From NCBI GenBank assembly GCA_963666515.2, contig OY762897.2, forward strand, positions 160,001 to 224,000: 64,000 bases of DNA, given 5' to 3'. Of the stretch, positions 38,334 to 47,863 are shown one piece after another. Made by a program: the position numbers and the translations under genes. This stretch comes from Candidatus Binatia bacterium. GTDB lineage: Bacteria; Desulfobacterota; Binatia; UBA9968; JAJDTQ01. Numbering within the stretch: the first letter of the stretch is position 1; each line of letters starts with the position of its first letter. The notes under the pieces are model-generated. The model was not told the origin of the DNA. It searched no databases and saw only the letters and a list, made by a program, of their open reading frames with translations.

Positions 38334-39809
38334 ATGGCTTTTGAGGCCTTCTTCGAGGCCCTCGGCATCACCTTCACCCTGCCGGTGCTCGGCGGGATGC
38401 TGCTGGGGTTGCTGCTGGGGCTCGTCTTCGGTGCGGTGCCGGGCCTGAACGCCGTGCTCGGCATCGTGCTGCTGCTGCCGTTCGTCTGGACGCTGTCGCC
38501 CTTCGTGGCGTTCGCCATCATGCTCTCGCTGGTGTCGGCGGTGCATACCTCCAACACCTTCCCGGCGTTCTTCTTCAACGTGCCCGGCAGCCCCAGCGCC
38601 GCCGCCACCATCCTGGACGGCTATCCCATGGCCCGCAACGGCGACGCCGCCCGCGGTCTGACCGCGGCCTTCATGGTCTCGGCCGTGGGCGGCGTCATCG
38701 GCGCGCTGGTGCTGCTCATCGCGCTGCCGGCGCTCCAGCCGGTGGTGCTGGCCTTCGCGGCGCCGGAGCGGTTCATGCTGGTGGTGCTGGGCATCCTCAT
38801 GATCAGCTTCCTCAGCGGCGTGAAGCCGGTGAAGGGGCTGCTGGCCGGCGCCCTGGGCCTTTGGCTCGGCACCGTCGGGCAGGACCCGCAACTGGGGGTG
38901 GCGCGGTTCACCTTCGGTTCGGACTACCTGCTGGACGGGCTCAAGACCGTGCCCATCATCATGGGGTTGTTCGCGCTGCCCGAGGTGGTGTCCCTGGCCA
39001 TCCGCGGGCGCATCGCGGAGCGGACGCACGTGGATATGGGCGAGGGGTTCCGGCCCGGCCTCCGGGCGTGCCTCCTGAACCGCTGGCTGGTGGTGCGGAG
39101 CGCGGTGGTGGGGGTGGTGGGCGGCGCCATCCCGGGCATCGGCGGCACCGCCGCGGCCTTCTACGCCTACGGCATGGCGGTCCAGGGGGCGGAGGGCGCC
39201 GACCGTGAGCGCTTCGGCAGGGGCGAGATCAAGGGCGTCATTGCGCCCGAGAGCGCCAACAACGCCTCCGCGGGCGGAGAGCTGGTGCCGCTGCTGGCGT
39301 TCGGCGTGCCCGGCGGCGCCACCTCGGCCATCCTGCTGGCCGCCTTCCTGATCCTCGGCGTCAATCCCGGTCCCGAGATGCTCGGGGAAAAGCTCTCCCT
39401 GAGCTTCTCCATGGTCATCGTGCTGGTGCTGTCGAACCTCCTGGCCACCGCGGTGTGCATCGCCATCACCCGTCCGGCCGCGCGCATCGCCTTCCTCAGG
39501 AGCAACCTGCTGATCCCGGCGCTGATGCTGTTCGTGCTGTTCGGCTCCTACGTCGCCTATCCCCACCCCTACACGCTGGTGCTCACGCTGGCGTTCGGCG
39601 TGCTGGGTTACCTGATGATGCGGTTCGATTGGGCCCGGGCGCCGTTGCTGGTGGGGTTCATCCTGGGCCCGCTGGCGGAGAACAACCTGGCCATCTCGCT
39701 GGCAAGCTACGGTGCGGCTTTCCTGGTCCGGCCGATCCCGCTGGCCTGTATGGCGGTGATGGCGCTGGTGGTCTTCGTGGCGGTGCGCCGGGGGATGGTC
39801 CGGAAATGA
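38334..39809 (+). CDS. tctA: TTT large permease
   Basis: GAVPGL, PGSP..AATILDGYPMA, PESANNA, GVPG. Confidence 0.92.
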   Translation: MAFEAFFEALGITFTLPVLGGMLLGLLLGLVFGAVPGLNAVLGIVLLLPFVWTLSPFVAFAIMLSLVSAVHTSNTFPAFFFNVPGSPSAAATILDGYPMARNGDAARGLTAAFMVSAVGGVIGALVLLIALPALQPVVLAFAAPERFMLVVLGILMISFLSGVKPVKGLLAGALGLWLGTVGQDPQLGVARFTFGSDYLLDGLKTVPIIMGLFALPEVVSLAIRGRIAERTHVDMGEGFRPGLRACLLNRWLVVRSAVVGVVGGAIPGIGGTAAAFYAYGMAVQGAEGADRERFGRGEIKGVIAPESANNASAGGELVPLLAFGVPGGATSAILLAAFLILGVNPGPEMLGEKLSLSFSMVIVLVLSNLLATAVCIAITRPAARIAFLRSNLLIPALMLFVLFGSYVAYPHPYTLVLTLAFGVLGYLMMRFDWARAPLLVGFILGPLAENNLAISLASYGAAFLVRPIPLACMAVMALVVFVAVRRGMVRK

Positions 39810-40249
39810 GCGCCGGCCGCGAAATCGCCCTGGGCTGCGCCGTCGCTGCGCTGTTCGCCGCCGTGGTCTTCACTGCCGCGGACTGGCAGCCGGAGACCGC
39901 CACGTTTCCCCTGCTCATCGGCGTCACCGGGCTGGGGCTGTCCGTCTGGACGGTCGCCGGAGATGTGCTGCGCTGGCGGAAAGGGTCCGGCGCGGGAGAC
40001 GGCACCCGCGCCGAGGACACCGCCCGTGCCCGCGCGGCGTTCGGCTGGATCGCGGTGTTCTTCGCCCTGGTGCTGCTGACCGGCTTCCGCTTGGGACTGC
40101 CCCTAGCGGTGCTGGCATACTACCGGCTGGAAGCGCGCGTGGGCTGGGTCGCCGCGGTCAGCGCCGCCGTCGTGTGCGCGGCTTTCCTGCACGTGGCGGT
40201 GGTCTACCTCTACCTGCCGCTGTATGCAGGCGTCCTGTTCGAACCCTAG
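39806..40249 (+). CDS. tctB: TTT small permease
   Basis: ATGA-coupled to tctA; about 4 TM segments; MSAGREIALG start. Confidence 0.78.
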   Translation: MSAGREIALGCAVAALFAAVVFTAADWQPETATFPLLIGVTGLGLSVWTVAGDVLRWRKGSGAGDGTRAEDTARARAAFGWIAVFFALVLLTGFRLGLPLAVLAYYRLEARVGWVAAVSAAVVCAAFLHVAVVYLYLPLYAGVLFEP

Positions 40250-40277
40250 GAGGTTGTCGGGAAGCTCCGAGCCCCGC

Positions 40278-41396
40278 TCAGATCCCGTAGAGCCGTTTCG
40301 GGTTGGCGTTGAGGATCTTCTCCTTGGCCGATTCGCTGATGTCCTGCCGCTTGTGAAACTCCCGCACCGCGAAGCGGTCCCGGTCGCCGTGGGGCATGTC
40401 CGAGCCGAAGACGACGCGGTCGTCGCCCACCAGCTCCAGCACCTGCGGCAGCAGCGGGTCCTCCACCTCGGTGCTGAGGAACAGGTTGCCCCGGCTCATG
40501 TACTCCGCGGGGGAAACCGCGGCCCGGGGCGCGGCCTCGGGAATGGATTTGCCGAAGCGGTTGGTGAACGCGAAGCGGTGCTCCAGCCGGTCCATGAGGA
40601 AGTGGACCCAGAGGCAGCCGGCTTCCAGGAACGCCACCCGCAGGGTCGGGAAGCGGTCCAGCACGCCGCCGGTGATCATGGCCGTGAACCCCATGAGCAG
40701 CGGCACCAGGAACGGGATGATGGTGCCGGGGTACAGGTGGTCGTACATGTTGCTCAAGGGCGGGCACGACCATCCCACGTGAACGGCCAGCGTCAGGTCC
40801 TCTTCCGCCAGCGCTTCGTAGAAGGGGAAGAAACTCGGGTGGTCCAGGGTGCGCTCGCCCACGGTGCCGAGGATCATCACCGCCACCGCTCCCAGGCGCT
40901 TGGCCTCGCGCACCTGCTCCACCGAGGCGGGGACGTTGTCCAGGTCCACGACGGCTGCCCAGTGAAGCTGTTCGGTGGAGCCGGTGGCGTCCGCGAGCCA
41001 GCGGTTGTAGGAGCCGCACAGGGCCGCGCCGAGACCGGGATCGTCCACCAGCGGATGGACCAGGAAGAAGCTCGGGTAGATGACCTGCACGCCCAGGTCC
41101 TCGTCGGCCATGTCCTTGAGGCGCGCCTCCGGGTGGCTGATCTCGATGCTCTCGATGCTTTCCGGCTTGGACGCGGTGTAGAAAGAGCGTTGCCCTTCGT
41201 AGTGGGCCGGCGTTCCCATGTTGTGGCAGCCGCGCCCGAACAGCCGGGGGTATATCTGGTCTTCCACGCGCCAGTAGAGCCGCCCTTCCGAGTTGACCAC
41301 CTGAGGTCTGCGCTTGCGGAATGCCGGGTCCAGGTAGGTGTCGCTGAAAGTGGCCGGAGACTCTTCCACGTGCGCGTCGGCGTCGATTACGATCAT
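40278..41396 (-). CDS. amidohydrolase_2 family protein
   Basis: IDADAHVEE, ARLKDM, VHVG, FLEAG, GSDMPHGD. Confidence 0.87.
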   Translation of the reverse strand: MIVIDADAHVEESPATFSDTYLDPAFRKRRPQVVNSEGRLYWRVEDQIYPRLFGRGCHNMGTPAHYEGQRSFYTASKPESIESIEISHPEARLKDMADEDLGVQVIYPSFFLVHPLVDDPGLGAALCGSYNRWLADATGSTEQLHWAAVVDLDNVPASVEQVREAKRLGAVAVMILGTVGERTLDHPSFFPFYEALAEEDLTLAVHVGWSCPPLSNMYDHLYPGTIIPFLVPLLMGFTAMITGGVLDRFPTLRVAFLEAGCLWVHFLMDRLEHRFAFTNRFGKSIPEAAPRAAVSPAEYMSRGNLFLSTEVEDPLLPQVLELVGDDRVVFGSDMPHGDRDRFAVREFHKRQDISESAKEKILNANPKRLYGI

Positions 41397-41523
41397 TGGA
41401 GGGTCCTCCTCTTTGTCCAGTGGACCGTGCCGTGGCACGATCGTGGGACACGACACTAGAGAACGCACCCATACCGCAAATCCGAAACGAGAGGCAAGAA
41501 GACGGCCGGACCGGGAGGTGATC

Positions 41524-42594
41524 ATGCCGATTCTGTTGACCAACAGCGACGTGCGGGAACTGATCTCGCCGGAGACCGCGGTGGAGGTCATGCGGGAAAC
41601 CTATCGCAGCCTCGCCGAGGGCACGGCGGTCACCCGCACCCGGAGCCAGACCTTCGCCGAGACCACTCAAACCGGAACCTTCGTGGAACTGCGCACGATG
41701 GACGGCATCGTCCCCGCCTTCGGCTCGGTCGGCATGCGGATCCTGCCCGACCTGCACCGCTGGCCGCGGATCGGCGACAACCGGCGATACGACAAGGTGC
41801 CCAAGGAGAACGGCAGGTTCCTCGCCTTCGACCTGATCTTCGACCTGGATACCGCCGACCTCCAGGCGGTGGTTCAGGACGCCTATCTCCAGAAGCTGCG
41901 CATCGCCGGCACCCACGGGGTGGCCGCCGACTATCTGGCCCCCGCAGACGCCGCGCGCGTCGGCGTCATCGGATCGGGGTGGCTGGCCGAGGGCGTGCTC
42001 ATGGGCCTCGGCGTGGTCCGGGCGCTGAAGTCCGTGAAGGTGTTCAGCCCCAATTCCGCCAACCGGGAGCGGTTCGCCAGGAACGCGCGCGAAAATCTCC
42101 ACCTCGATGCCGCCGCGGTCGATGATCCCGTGGCGGCCACCCGGGACGTGGACGTCATCGTCGTCTGCACCAACACCATCGACCCCGTGTTCGTCGGCGA
42201 ATGGCTTGTCCCGGGCGTGCATCTCGACGCCATCTCGGGGCGGGACATCGACGAGGCGTGTTTCGCGCGCGCCGACTACACGGTGCTGAGCATGCGCGAA
42301 GGGCGCTGCAACGAGGGGCTCAACTTCGCGCCGCCGGTGCTGCGCGAGGCGCTGGCGCCGCGTTTCGCGCCTTTCGAAAAGAACGTCCCGTGGGACGAGT
42401 ACGCCGAGCTGGGGGAGGTGATCTCCGGACAGGCGCGCTCGCGAGCGAACGATCAGGAGATCACGTTCTTCTGCAACAACGTGGGCTTTGGCGCCCAGTT
42501 CGCGGCGTTGGGAGGCAAGGCCGTGGTCCTGGCGCGAGAACGCGGGTTGGGCAAGGAGTTCTCCATCGACGACTGGTACGAGGACGAGCGGTAG
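41524..42594 (+). CDS. ornithine cyclodeaminase/mu-crystallin family protein
   Basis: LR.AG, VIGSGWLA, VFSPN, PGVH, NNVGFGAQFAA. Confidence 0.85.
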   Translation: MPILLTNSDVRELISPETAVEVMRETYRSLAEGTAVTRTRSQTFAETTQTGTFVELRTMDGIVPAFGSVGMRILPDLHRWPRIGDNRRYDKVPKENGRFLAFDLIFDLDTADLQAVVQDAYLQKLRIAGTHGVAADYLAPADAARVGVIGSGWLAEGVLMGLGVVRALKSVKVFSPNSANRERFARNARENLHLDAAAVDDPVAATRDVDVIVVCTNTIDPVFVGEWLVPGVHLDAISGRDIDEACFARADYTVLSMREGRCNEGLNFAPPVLREALAPRFAPFEKNVPWDEYAELGEVISGQARSRANDQEITFFCNNVGFGAQFAALGGKAVVLARERGLGKEFSIDDWYEDER

Positions 42595-42622
42595 TATGGG
42601 CTGGCGCCGCGCCCGCGATTGC

Positions 42623-42651
42623 TTGAGGTAGGAAAGCGGACGCACTATATT
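42623..42651 (+). promoter_or_regulatory. sigma70-type promoter of the small gene at 42678
   Basis: TTGAGG-N17-TATATT; RBS GGAGG downstream. Confidence 0.45.
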
Positions 42652-42677
42652 GCTGGGATGGATGGACGGAGGCTCCT

Positions 42678-42878
42678 ATGAGCACGATGAACAGCGAGGT
42701 CTACGATGCGCTCATTGACGCCGGTGCCGACAAGAACAAGGCGCGTGAAGCAGCGAAGTCCGTTGCTCAGTACGACAACGACATCGCCGAGATCAAGGCG
42801 AGCCTGCTTGTGCTCAAATGGATGGCTGGCTTCATCCTGGCATTCGTGGTGGCACTGACTTGGCGGGTGTTCCAATAG
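42678..42878 (+). CDS. small membrane-anchored coiled-coil protein (DUF1640/CCDC90-like)
   Basis: EVYDAL..AGA...KA..AA head, short coiled coil, LKWM followed by a TM segment. Confidence 0.7.
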   Translation: MSTMNSEVYDALIDAGADKNKAREAAKSVAQYDNDIAEIKASLLVLKWMAGFILAFVVALTWRVFQ

Positions 42879-42979
42879 CAGACTGCTTGTGACCGATTCG
42901 CCGCCCCTTGCTCCCACGGGCAAGGACACCTCCTACGCATAGTTTAGGTGTTCACCAAATCGGGTCGACTCCACCATCC

Positions 42980-44062
42980 CTACGGGTGCACGTCCTGGGT
43001 GAACCATTCCGTGGGCAGGGTGCGGCCGACACCCTTGGCTACGGCCTCGCGGTAGACCCGTTGCGCCACCGCGGCGAACTGGAGGCCTTGGCCGACGTTG
43101 TTGACGAAGGCGGTGGTCTGGTCGGGGGATTGCCGTCCCTCGGCGGCGCCGATGATGGCCTGCGGCAACTCCTGGATGCGGTCCCACAGCGGCGTGGTGC
43201 GCTCGGACCACCAGCCGCCGGCGCCTTCCGGCGTCTCCACGGCCGGGGTGCGGTAGACCTGCGGGCGGATGTTGGCGGGGTTCCTGGAGAACAGGAACAC
43301 GCGGTCCACCGCGTCGAGAAAGTCGTAGTCCATCTCCTGCACCTTGACGGCGCTGTAGTGGACGCCGGGGCGCAGCCACTCGCGCCGGTGCACCGGTTCC
43401 ATGGAGTTGGTGCCGGTGACGATCATGTCGGCCCCCTCCACGGCCGCGTCCGCGGACTCCACCGGGGTGAGCCGGGCTTCGACCCGCGGCGCCAGCTCCC
43501 GGCAGAAGCGCTCCCGGTTGGCGGGGTTGGGACTGAACACCCGGACCTCGGTGATGGGCCGCACCGCGCAGTGGGCCATCAACTGCCCGCCGGCCTGCCA
43601 CCCGGTCCCCAGCAGCGCCATGACCGCGGCGTCCTCCCGCGCCAGATAGCGGGCCGCCAGTCCGTTGGCCGCGCCCACGCGGATGCGCGAGATGTAGCCG
43701 TCCGGGCAGATCATCACCGGCGCGCCGGTCTCCATGCTGAACAGCAGCATGAGCCCGTTCCAGCGGCCGTCGGCGGAGGGCAGCCGGTCGCGCCGGACGT
43801 TGCCCGCCACTTCCGGCCAGATCAGCACGTCGCTGTTGATGCGCAACGCGGCCATGCCCTCGTCCGGCCAGAGCCCGCTCATGGCCTTGAGGCTGTACAC
43901 GCCCTTGGTCTCCCCCACGGCGGTGGGCGCCAGCGTGTCCACCCGCGGGCTGTTGACCGCTTCCTGGGCCTCCAGCGACCGTTGTGATCGCTCGACGCAG
44001 TCCAGCGCCATCTCCATGGTCAGTATCCCGTCGATTTCTTCATTGCTCAGCAGCAGTGTCAT
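42980..44062 (-). CDS. ornithine cyclodeaminase/mu-crystallin family protein
   Basis: RVGA, LLGTGWQA, VFSPN, PGVH, NNVGQGLQFAA, FTQDVHP. Confidence 0.87.
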   Translation of the reverse strand: MTLLLSNEEIDGILTMEMALDCVERSQRSLEAQEAVNSPRVDTLAPTAVGETKGVYSLKAMSGLWPDEGMAALRINSDVLIWPEVAGNVRRDRLPSADGRWNGLMLLFSMETGAPVMICPDGYISRIRVGAANGLAARYLAREDAAVMALLGTGWQAGGQLMAHCAVRPITEVRVFSPNPANRERFCRELAPRVEARLTPVESADAAVEGADMIVTGTNSMEPVHRREWLRPGVHYSAVKVQEMDYDFLDAVDRVFLFSRNPANIRPQVYRTPAVETPEGAGGWWSERTTPLWDRIQELPQAIIGAAEGRQSPDQTTAFVNNVGQGLQFAAVAQRVYREAVAKGVGRTLPTEWFTQDVHP

Positions 44063-44103
44063 CGGAGAACCTCTCGAAACGACGGGGCCGGACTCGGACC
44101 GTG

Positions 44104-44132
44104 TTGACGCACCCCGTATTTTCGGCCATAGT
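44104..44132 (+). promoter_or_regulatory. tRNA promoter
   Basis: TTGACG-N17-CATAGT, 10 nt upstream of the tRNA. Confidence 0.55.
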
Positions 44133-44142
44133 TTTTACCTCT

Positions 44143-44215
<73 letters not shown>

Positions 44216-44240
44216 CTTCCCCAACCCTTTCACCGGCGGC

Positions 44241-44567
44241 CTACAGCCGCGCCTCCAGGTCCTTGAACTGCTTGTTCAGGGCGTCCACTTCTTCCTTGGC
44301 CTGCTTCCGGTATTCGAGGATCCGGCTCAGTTCCTCGAGGGTCGGCAGCGTCACCTGCCTGTGCGGGATGCCGCTGTGAGGGCGGTTGTGGACATGGTAG
44401 GTGCCGTCGTCGTCGAAGTGGCCGGTCTCCTTCCCGCTCAGCAGGCTGACGGCCAGGTTGAGGTTGTTGATCATCTTCTTGATCTCACTATCCATGACCG
44501 AGAGGCGTTGTTTGGCCGCCAGGAGACGCAGGTAGTCCGCGCCGATCTTTTCTTCGACTTCGCCCAT
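44241..44567 (-). CDS. hypothetical protein (108 aa, helical)
   Basis: RBS GGAGGAGG, ATG start, protein-like composition. Confidence 0.6.
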   Translation of the reverse strand: MGEVEEKIGADYLRLLAAKQRLSVMDSEIKKMINNLNLAVSLLSGKETGHFDDDGTYHVHNRPHSGIPHRQVTLPTLEELSRILEYRKQAKEEVDALNKQFKDLEARL

Positions 44568-44733
44568 GGTGACCTCCTCCCGCGCCCCTATGCCACGAAC
44601 TCGATTATTCCTTATGCGCTCCTACCGATACCCCGAAACGCGGTCCCGGAGCAAATCCGCCGCGTTGTTCCGGGCGCGCGCGGCGTTCTTTCCGGATGTC
44701 CCTTCCAGCGGTCCCAGCAAGAGAAATAAGTCC

Positions 44734-44763
44734 TTGACAGCTTTCCGGCAACGATACTAGTCT
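44734..44763 (+). promoter_or_regulatory. sigma70-type promoter of dctPQM operon 2
   Basis: TTGACA-N18-TAGTCT. Confidence 0.5.
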
Positions 44764-44850
44764 GGCCCGGCGTCCGACAGGGACCCTACGAATCTACGGG
44801 ACGAGGGGCAGGTCCGAACCCGACGAACCGACGCAAGGGAGGATGAATCC

Positions 44851-45840
44851 ATGAGAAGGGCACTTGGCTGTATCGTTGTATTCTTCACTCTGGGTATTTT
44901 TGTCGTGACGGCCGCTCCGGCGGCCGACTTGGTGCTCAAGGGCGCCACCGCCTGGAAGAAGGACTACGTCTTCAATGCCGGATACTGGGAGTTCTCGCGC
45001 CAAGTCGAAAAACGGTCCGGCGGCAAGATCAAGGTGGAGTGGAAGGGCGGTCCCGAGATCTCGTCACCCTTCGAGATGCTCGGTCTCGTGCAACGTGGGG
45101 TGCTGGATGTCCTGGGGGGAGCCGGCGCTTATGATTCCGCCAAGATACCGGAGGGAGTCTTCCTGGAGTACTTTGTCGGGAGCACCAGTGACTTGCGCAA
45201 AGCCGGCGTTACCAAGTTCTTCGACGAAGTGACCCAGAAACGGGCCGGAGTGAAGCTCCTCGGGCTCAGCTCCGGGCCGGTGGAGTTCGCCATCTTCACC
45301 AAGACGCCGGTGACCAGCATCGGCCAATTCAAGGGCATGAAGATGCGCAGCACGCCCACGTATCTGCCCCTGGGCCAGGCCCTCGGGGCCACCATGATCC
45401 AGGTGCCGTGGCCCGACGTCTACAACGCCCTGGAGCGGGGGGTCGTGGACGGATACTTCGCTCCGGTCATCGGCACCCTGTCGACGAAGCTCTACGAGCA
45501 GGTCTGCTGCATGCTCAAGCCGCACTTCTGGACCGTGCGCACGTGGATGTACATCAGCCTGGACAAGTGGAACAAGCTCACGCCGGAGCAGCAGAAGGTC
45601 CTGACGGACTCCATGATCGCAGTCGAGCAATGGACGCCGGGCTTCTACAATGACTACATCGGCAAGGAGATCGATACGCTGGTGAACAAGCACGGCCTCA
45701 AGATCCATGAGCTCAAGGGCGACGAGGCCAAGCGCTTCCGCACCATGGCCTACGAGTCGTCGTGGAAGAAGTACCTGCCCAACTCGCCGGAATACGGCAA
45801 GCAGATCCGGGAAATGGCGCGGAAGCTCGAGGACCGTTGA
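44851..45840 (+). CDS. dctP: TRAP solute-binding protein
   Basis: Signal peptide, KGMKMRS, DVYNALERGVVDG. Confidence 0.9.
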   Translation: MRRALGCIVVFFTLGIFVVTAAPAADLVLKGATAWKKDYVFNAGYWEFSRQVEKRSGGKIKVEWKGGPEISSPFEMLGLVQRGVLDVLGGAGAYDSAKIPEGVFLEYFVGSTSDLRKAGVTKFFDEVTQKRAGVKLLGLSSGPVEFAIFTKTPVTSIGQFKGMKMRSTPTYLPLGQALGATMIQVPWPDVYNALERGVVDGYFAPVIGTLSTKLYEQVCCMLKPHFWTVRTWMYISLDKWNKLTPEQQKVLTDSMIAVEQWTPGFYNDYIGKEIDTLVNKHGLKIHELKGDEAKRFRTMAYESSWKKYLPNSPEYGKQIREMARKLEDR

Positions 45841-45951
45841 CGTCCCGGATGAGGCGCCTCTTCACGGCGAAGGCCCTCACGCACTGAACCACCCGCCGGG
45901 CTGTCCGCGCGCGCCGCGGACGGCCCGGACAGGGGATAGCCGAATCTCATC

Positions 45952-46500
45952 ATGTCGCAACTCGGGCAGACTCTGGAGCGAGCCTGGGACTCGCTGCTGA
46001 ACGGCCTCGCCTATTTTGCGGGGCTGCTGGTGGTCACGGTAACCTTCTCCGTGCTCTACGAGATAGTGGCGCGTTACTTCTTCAACAGCCCGACCATCTG
46101 GGCGGTGGATCTGACCGAATACTCGCTGGTCTACATCACATTCCTCGGCACCCCCTGGGTGCTGCGCGACCATGCGCACACGCGCGTGGAGCTGGTGGTG
46201 GAAAGGCTCCGGCCCAGGGTGCGCGTGACCCTGGGCGTCGTGGTGTCGCTGGTGGCGGCAACGGGCGCGCTCGTGATGGCGTGGGAAGGCCTTTGGGAGA
46301 CCTGGGAGTCCTACCTGGGCGGCCATGCGGAACTCAAGGCGTGGCGGGTGTACCGCTGGCCGCTCATTCTTCCCATCTGCGTCGGCAGCACCATGCTGGT
46401 CATCGAGTTCCTGCGCCAGGCGTGGCACAACGTCGGGATGCTGCGCCGGGGCGACCCGATCCCGGACGAATCGGGCCCCGTGGGCCAGGATTCCCTCTGA
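45952..46500 (+). CDS. dctQ: TRAP small permease
   Basis: RYFFNSPTIW, HTRVE, about 4 TM segments. Confidence 0.88.
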   Translation: MSQLGQTLERAWDSLLNGLAYFAGLLVVTVTFSVLYEIVARYFFNSPTIWAVDLTEYSLVYITFLGTPWVLRDHAHTRVELVVERLRPRVRVTLGVVVSLVAATGALVMAWEGLWETWESYLGGHAELKAWRVYRWPLILPICVGSTMLVIEFLRQAWHNVGMLRRGDPIPDESGPVGQDSL

Positions 46501-46507
46501 GCACGAG

Positions 46508-47818
46508 ATGGAGTGGTACGAAGTACTGATCCTGATGCTCGCCGTGCTGATGGTCCTTTTCGTGGCCGGCACGCCGGTGGCGTTCGCCTTCCTCCTGATC
46601 AACATCGGCGGGCTCTTCCTGTTCATGGGCGGGTTGCCGGCGCTGCGGCTCATGGTCACCAGCGCCTTCGCGACGCTGGCGAGCTTCGTGCTGGCCCCGG
46701 TGCTGCTCTTCATCTTGATGGGCGAGATCATGTTCCGATCAGGGCTCGCGGTGCGTACCCTGGACGCCCTGGACAAGTGGATCGGCGGCATACCCGGGCG
46801 GTTGAGCCTCCTGGCGGTGAGCGGCGGCACCCTGTTCTCCACCCTCAGCGGCTCCAGCATGGCCACGACCGCCATGCTGGGAACGACGCTGGTGCCGGAG
46901 ATGCGTCGTCGCGGTTACAGCTACCTGATGTCCGTGGGCCCCATCTCGGCGGCCGGCGGGCTGGCCGCCATCGTCCCGCCCACGGCCATGGGCGTCCTGC
47001 TCGGCAGCCTCGCCGAGATCTCCATCGCCAAGCTGTTGATCGCCGGCATTGGCCCAGGCCTGTTCATGGCCGGCCTCTACGCCGTCTACATCGTCGTCCG
47101 GGCCAAGCTGCGTCCGGAGTCGGCGCCCACCTATGACGTCGCGCACGTGTCCACCCGCGAGAAGGTCGTCAGCCTGCTGCACCTGGCGCCCCTGAGCCTC
47201 ATCGTGTTCATGGTCCTGGGAGTCATCTTCATCGGCGTGGCGACGCCCACGGAGGCGGCGGCCCTGGGAGCGCTGAGCACTGCCCTGGTGGCGGCCATGT
47301 ACCGCAGCCTGACCTTCAAGGTCATCGCGCAGTCGGTGATGAGCACCGTGCGCGTGTCGGTAGTGGTGCTCATGATCATCCTGGCGTCCAATGCCTTCAG
47401 CCAGGTGCTGGCGTTCACCGGAGCCAGCCGGGGACTGGTGGAGATGGTGGCGGGATTCCAGGCGCCGCCGGTGGTCATCCTGGTGCTCATGATGGTGATC
47501 GTGCTGGTGCTGGGCATGTTCGTGGACCAGATCTCCATCATGATGATCACGGTGCCCATCTACTTCCCGCTGGCCGCTCAGCTTGGCTTCGACCCTATCT
47601 GGTTCGGCATCCTGATGCTGCTGAACATGGAGGTGGCCAACACCACGCCCCCCTTCGGCCTTCAGTTGTTTGTCCTCAAGGGGGTCGTCCCGGACGCTCC
47701 CATGATAGAGATATACAAGAGCTGCTTTCCCTTCGTGTTGCTCGACATGTTGAATCTGGCGGTCATGATCGTCTTCCCCGCCCTGGTGCTGACCCTGCCC
47801 CGGCTCATGCTGAGTTGA
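46508..47818 (+). CDS. dctM: TRAP large permease
   Basis: SGSSMA, IVPPT, ATPTEAA, DPIWFG, TPPFG. Confidence 0.92.
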   Translation: MEWYEVLILMLAVLMVLFVAGTPVAFAFLLINIGGLFLFMGGLPALRLMVTSAFATLASFVLAPVLLFILMGEIMFRSGLAVRTLDALDKWIGGIPGRLSLLAVSGGTLFSTLSGSSMATTAMLGTTLVPEMRRRGYSYLMSVGPISAAGGLAAIVPPTAMGVLLGSLAEISIAKLLIAGIGPGLFMAGLYAVYIVVRAKLRPESAPTYDVAHVSTREKVVSLLHLAPLSLIVFMVLGVIFIGVATPTEAAALGALSTALVAAMYRSLTFKVIAQSVMSTVRVSVVVLMIILASNAFSQVLAFTGASRGLVEMVAGFQAPPVVILVLMMVIVLVLGMFVDQISIMMITVPIYFPLAAQLGFDPIWFGILMLLNMEVANTTPPFGLQLFVLKGVVPDAPMIEIYKSCFPFVLLDMLNLAVMIVFPALVLTLPRLMLS

Positions 47819-47863
47819 CACCCGCGCGCGGGTGGAACAAGTTTGCATGGCAGGGCACCACCG

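Noticed and set aside
47833-47847. sigma54 promoter-like TGGAAC...TTGCA
   Set aside because: GG to GC spacing is 9 nt rather than the required 10
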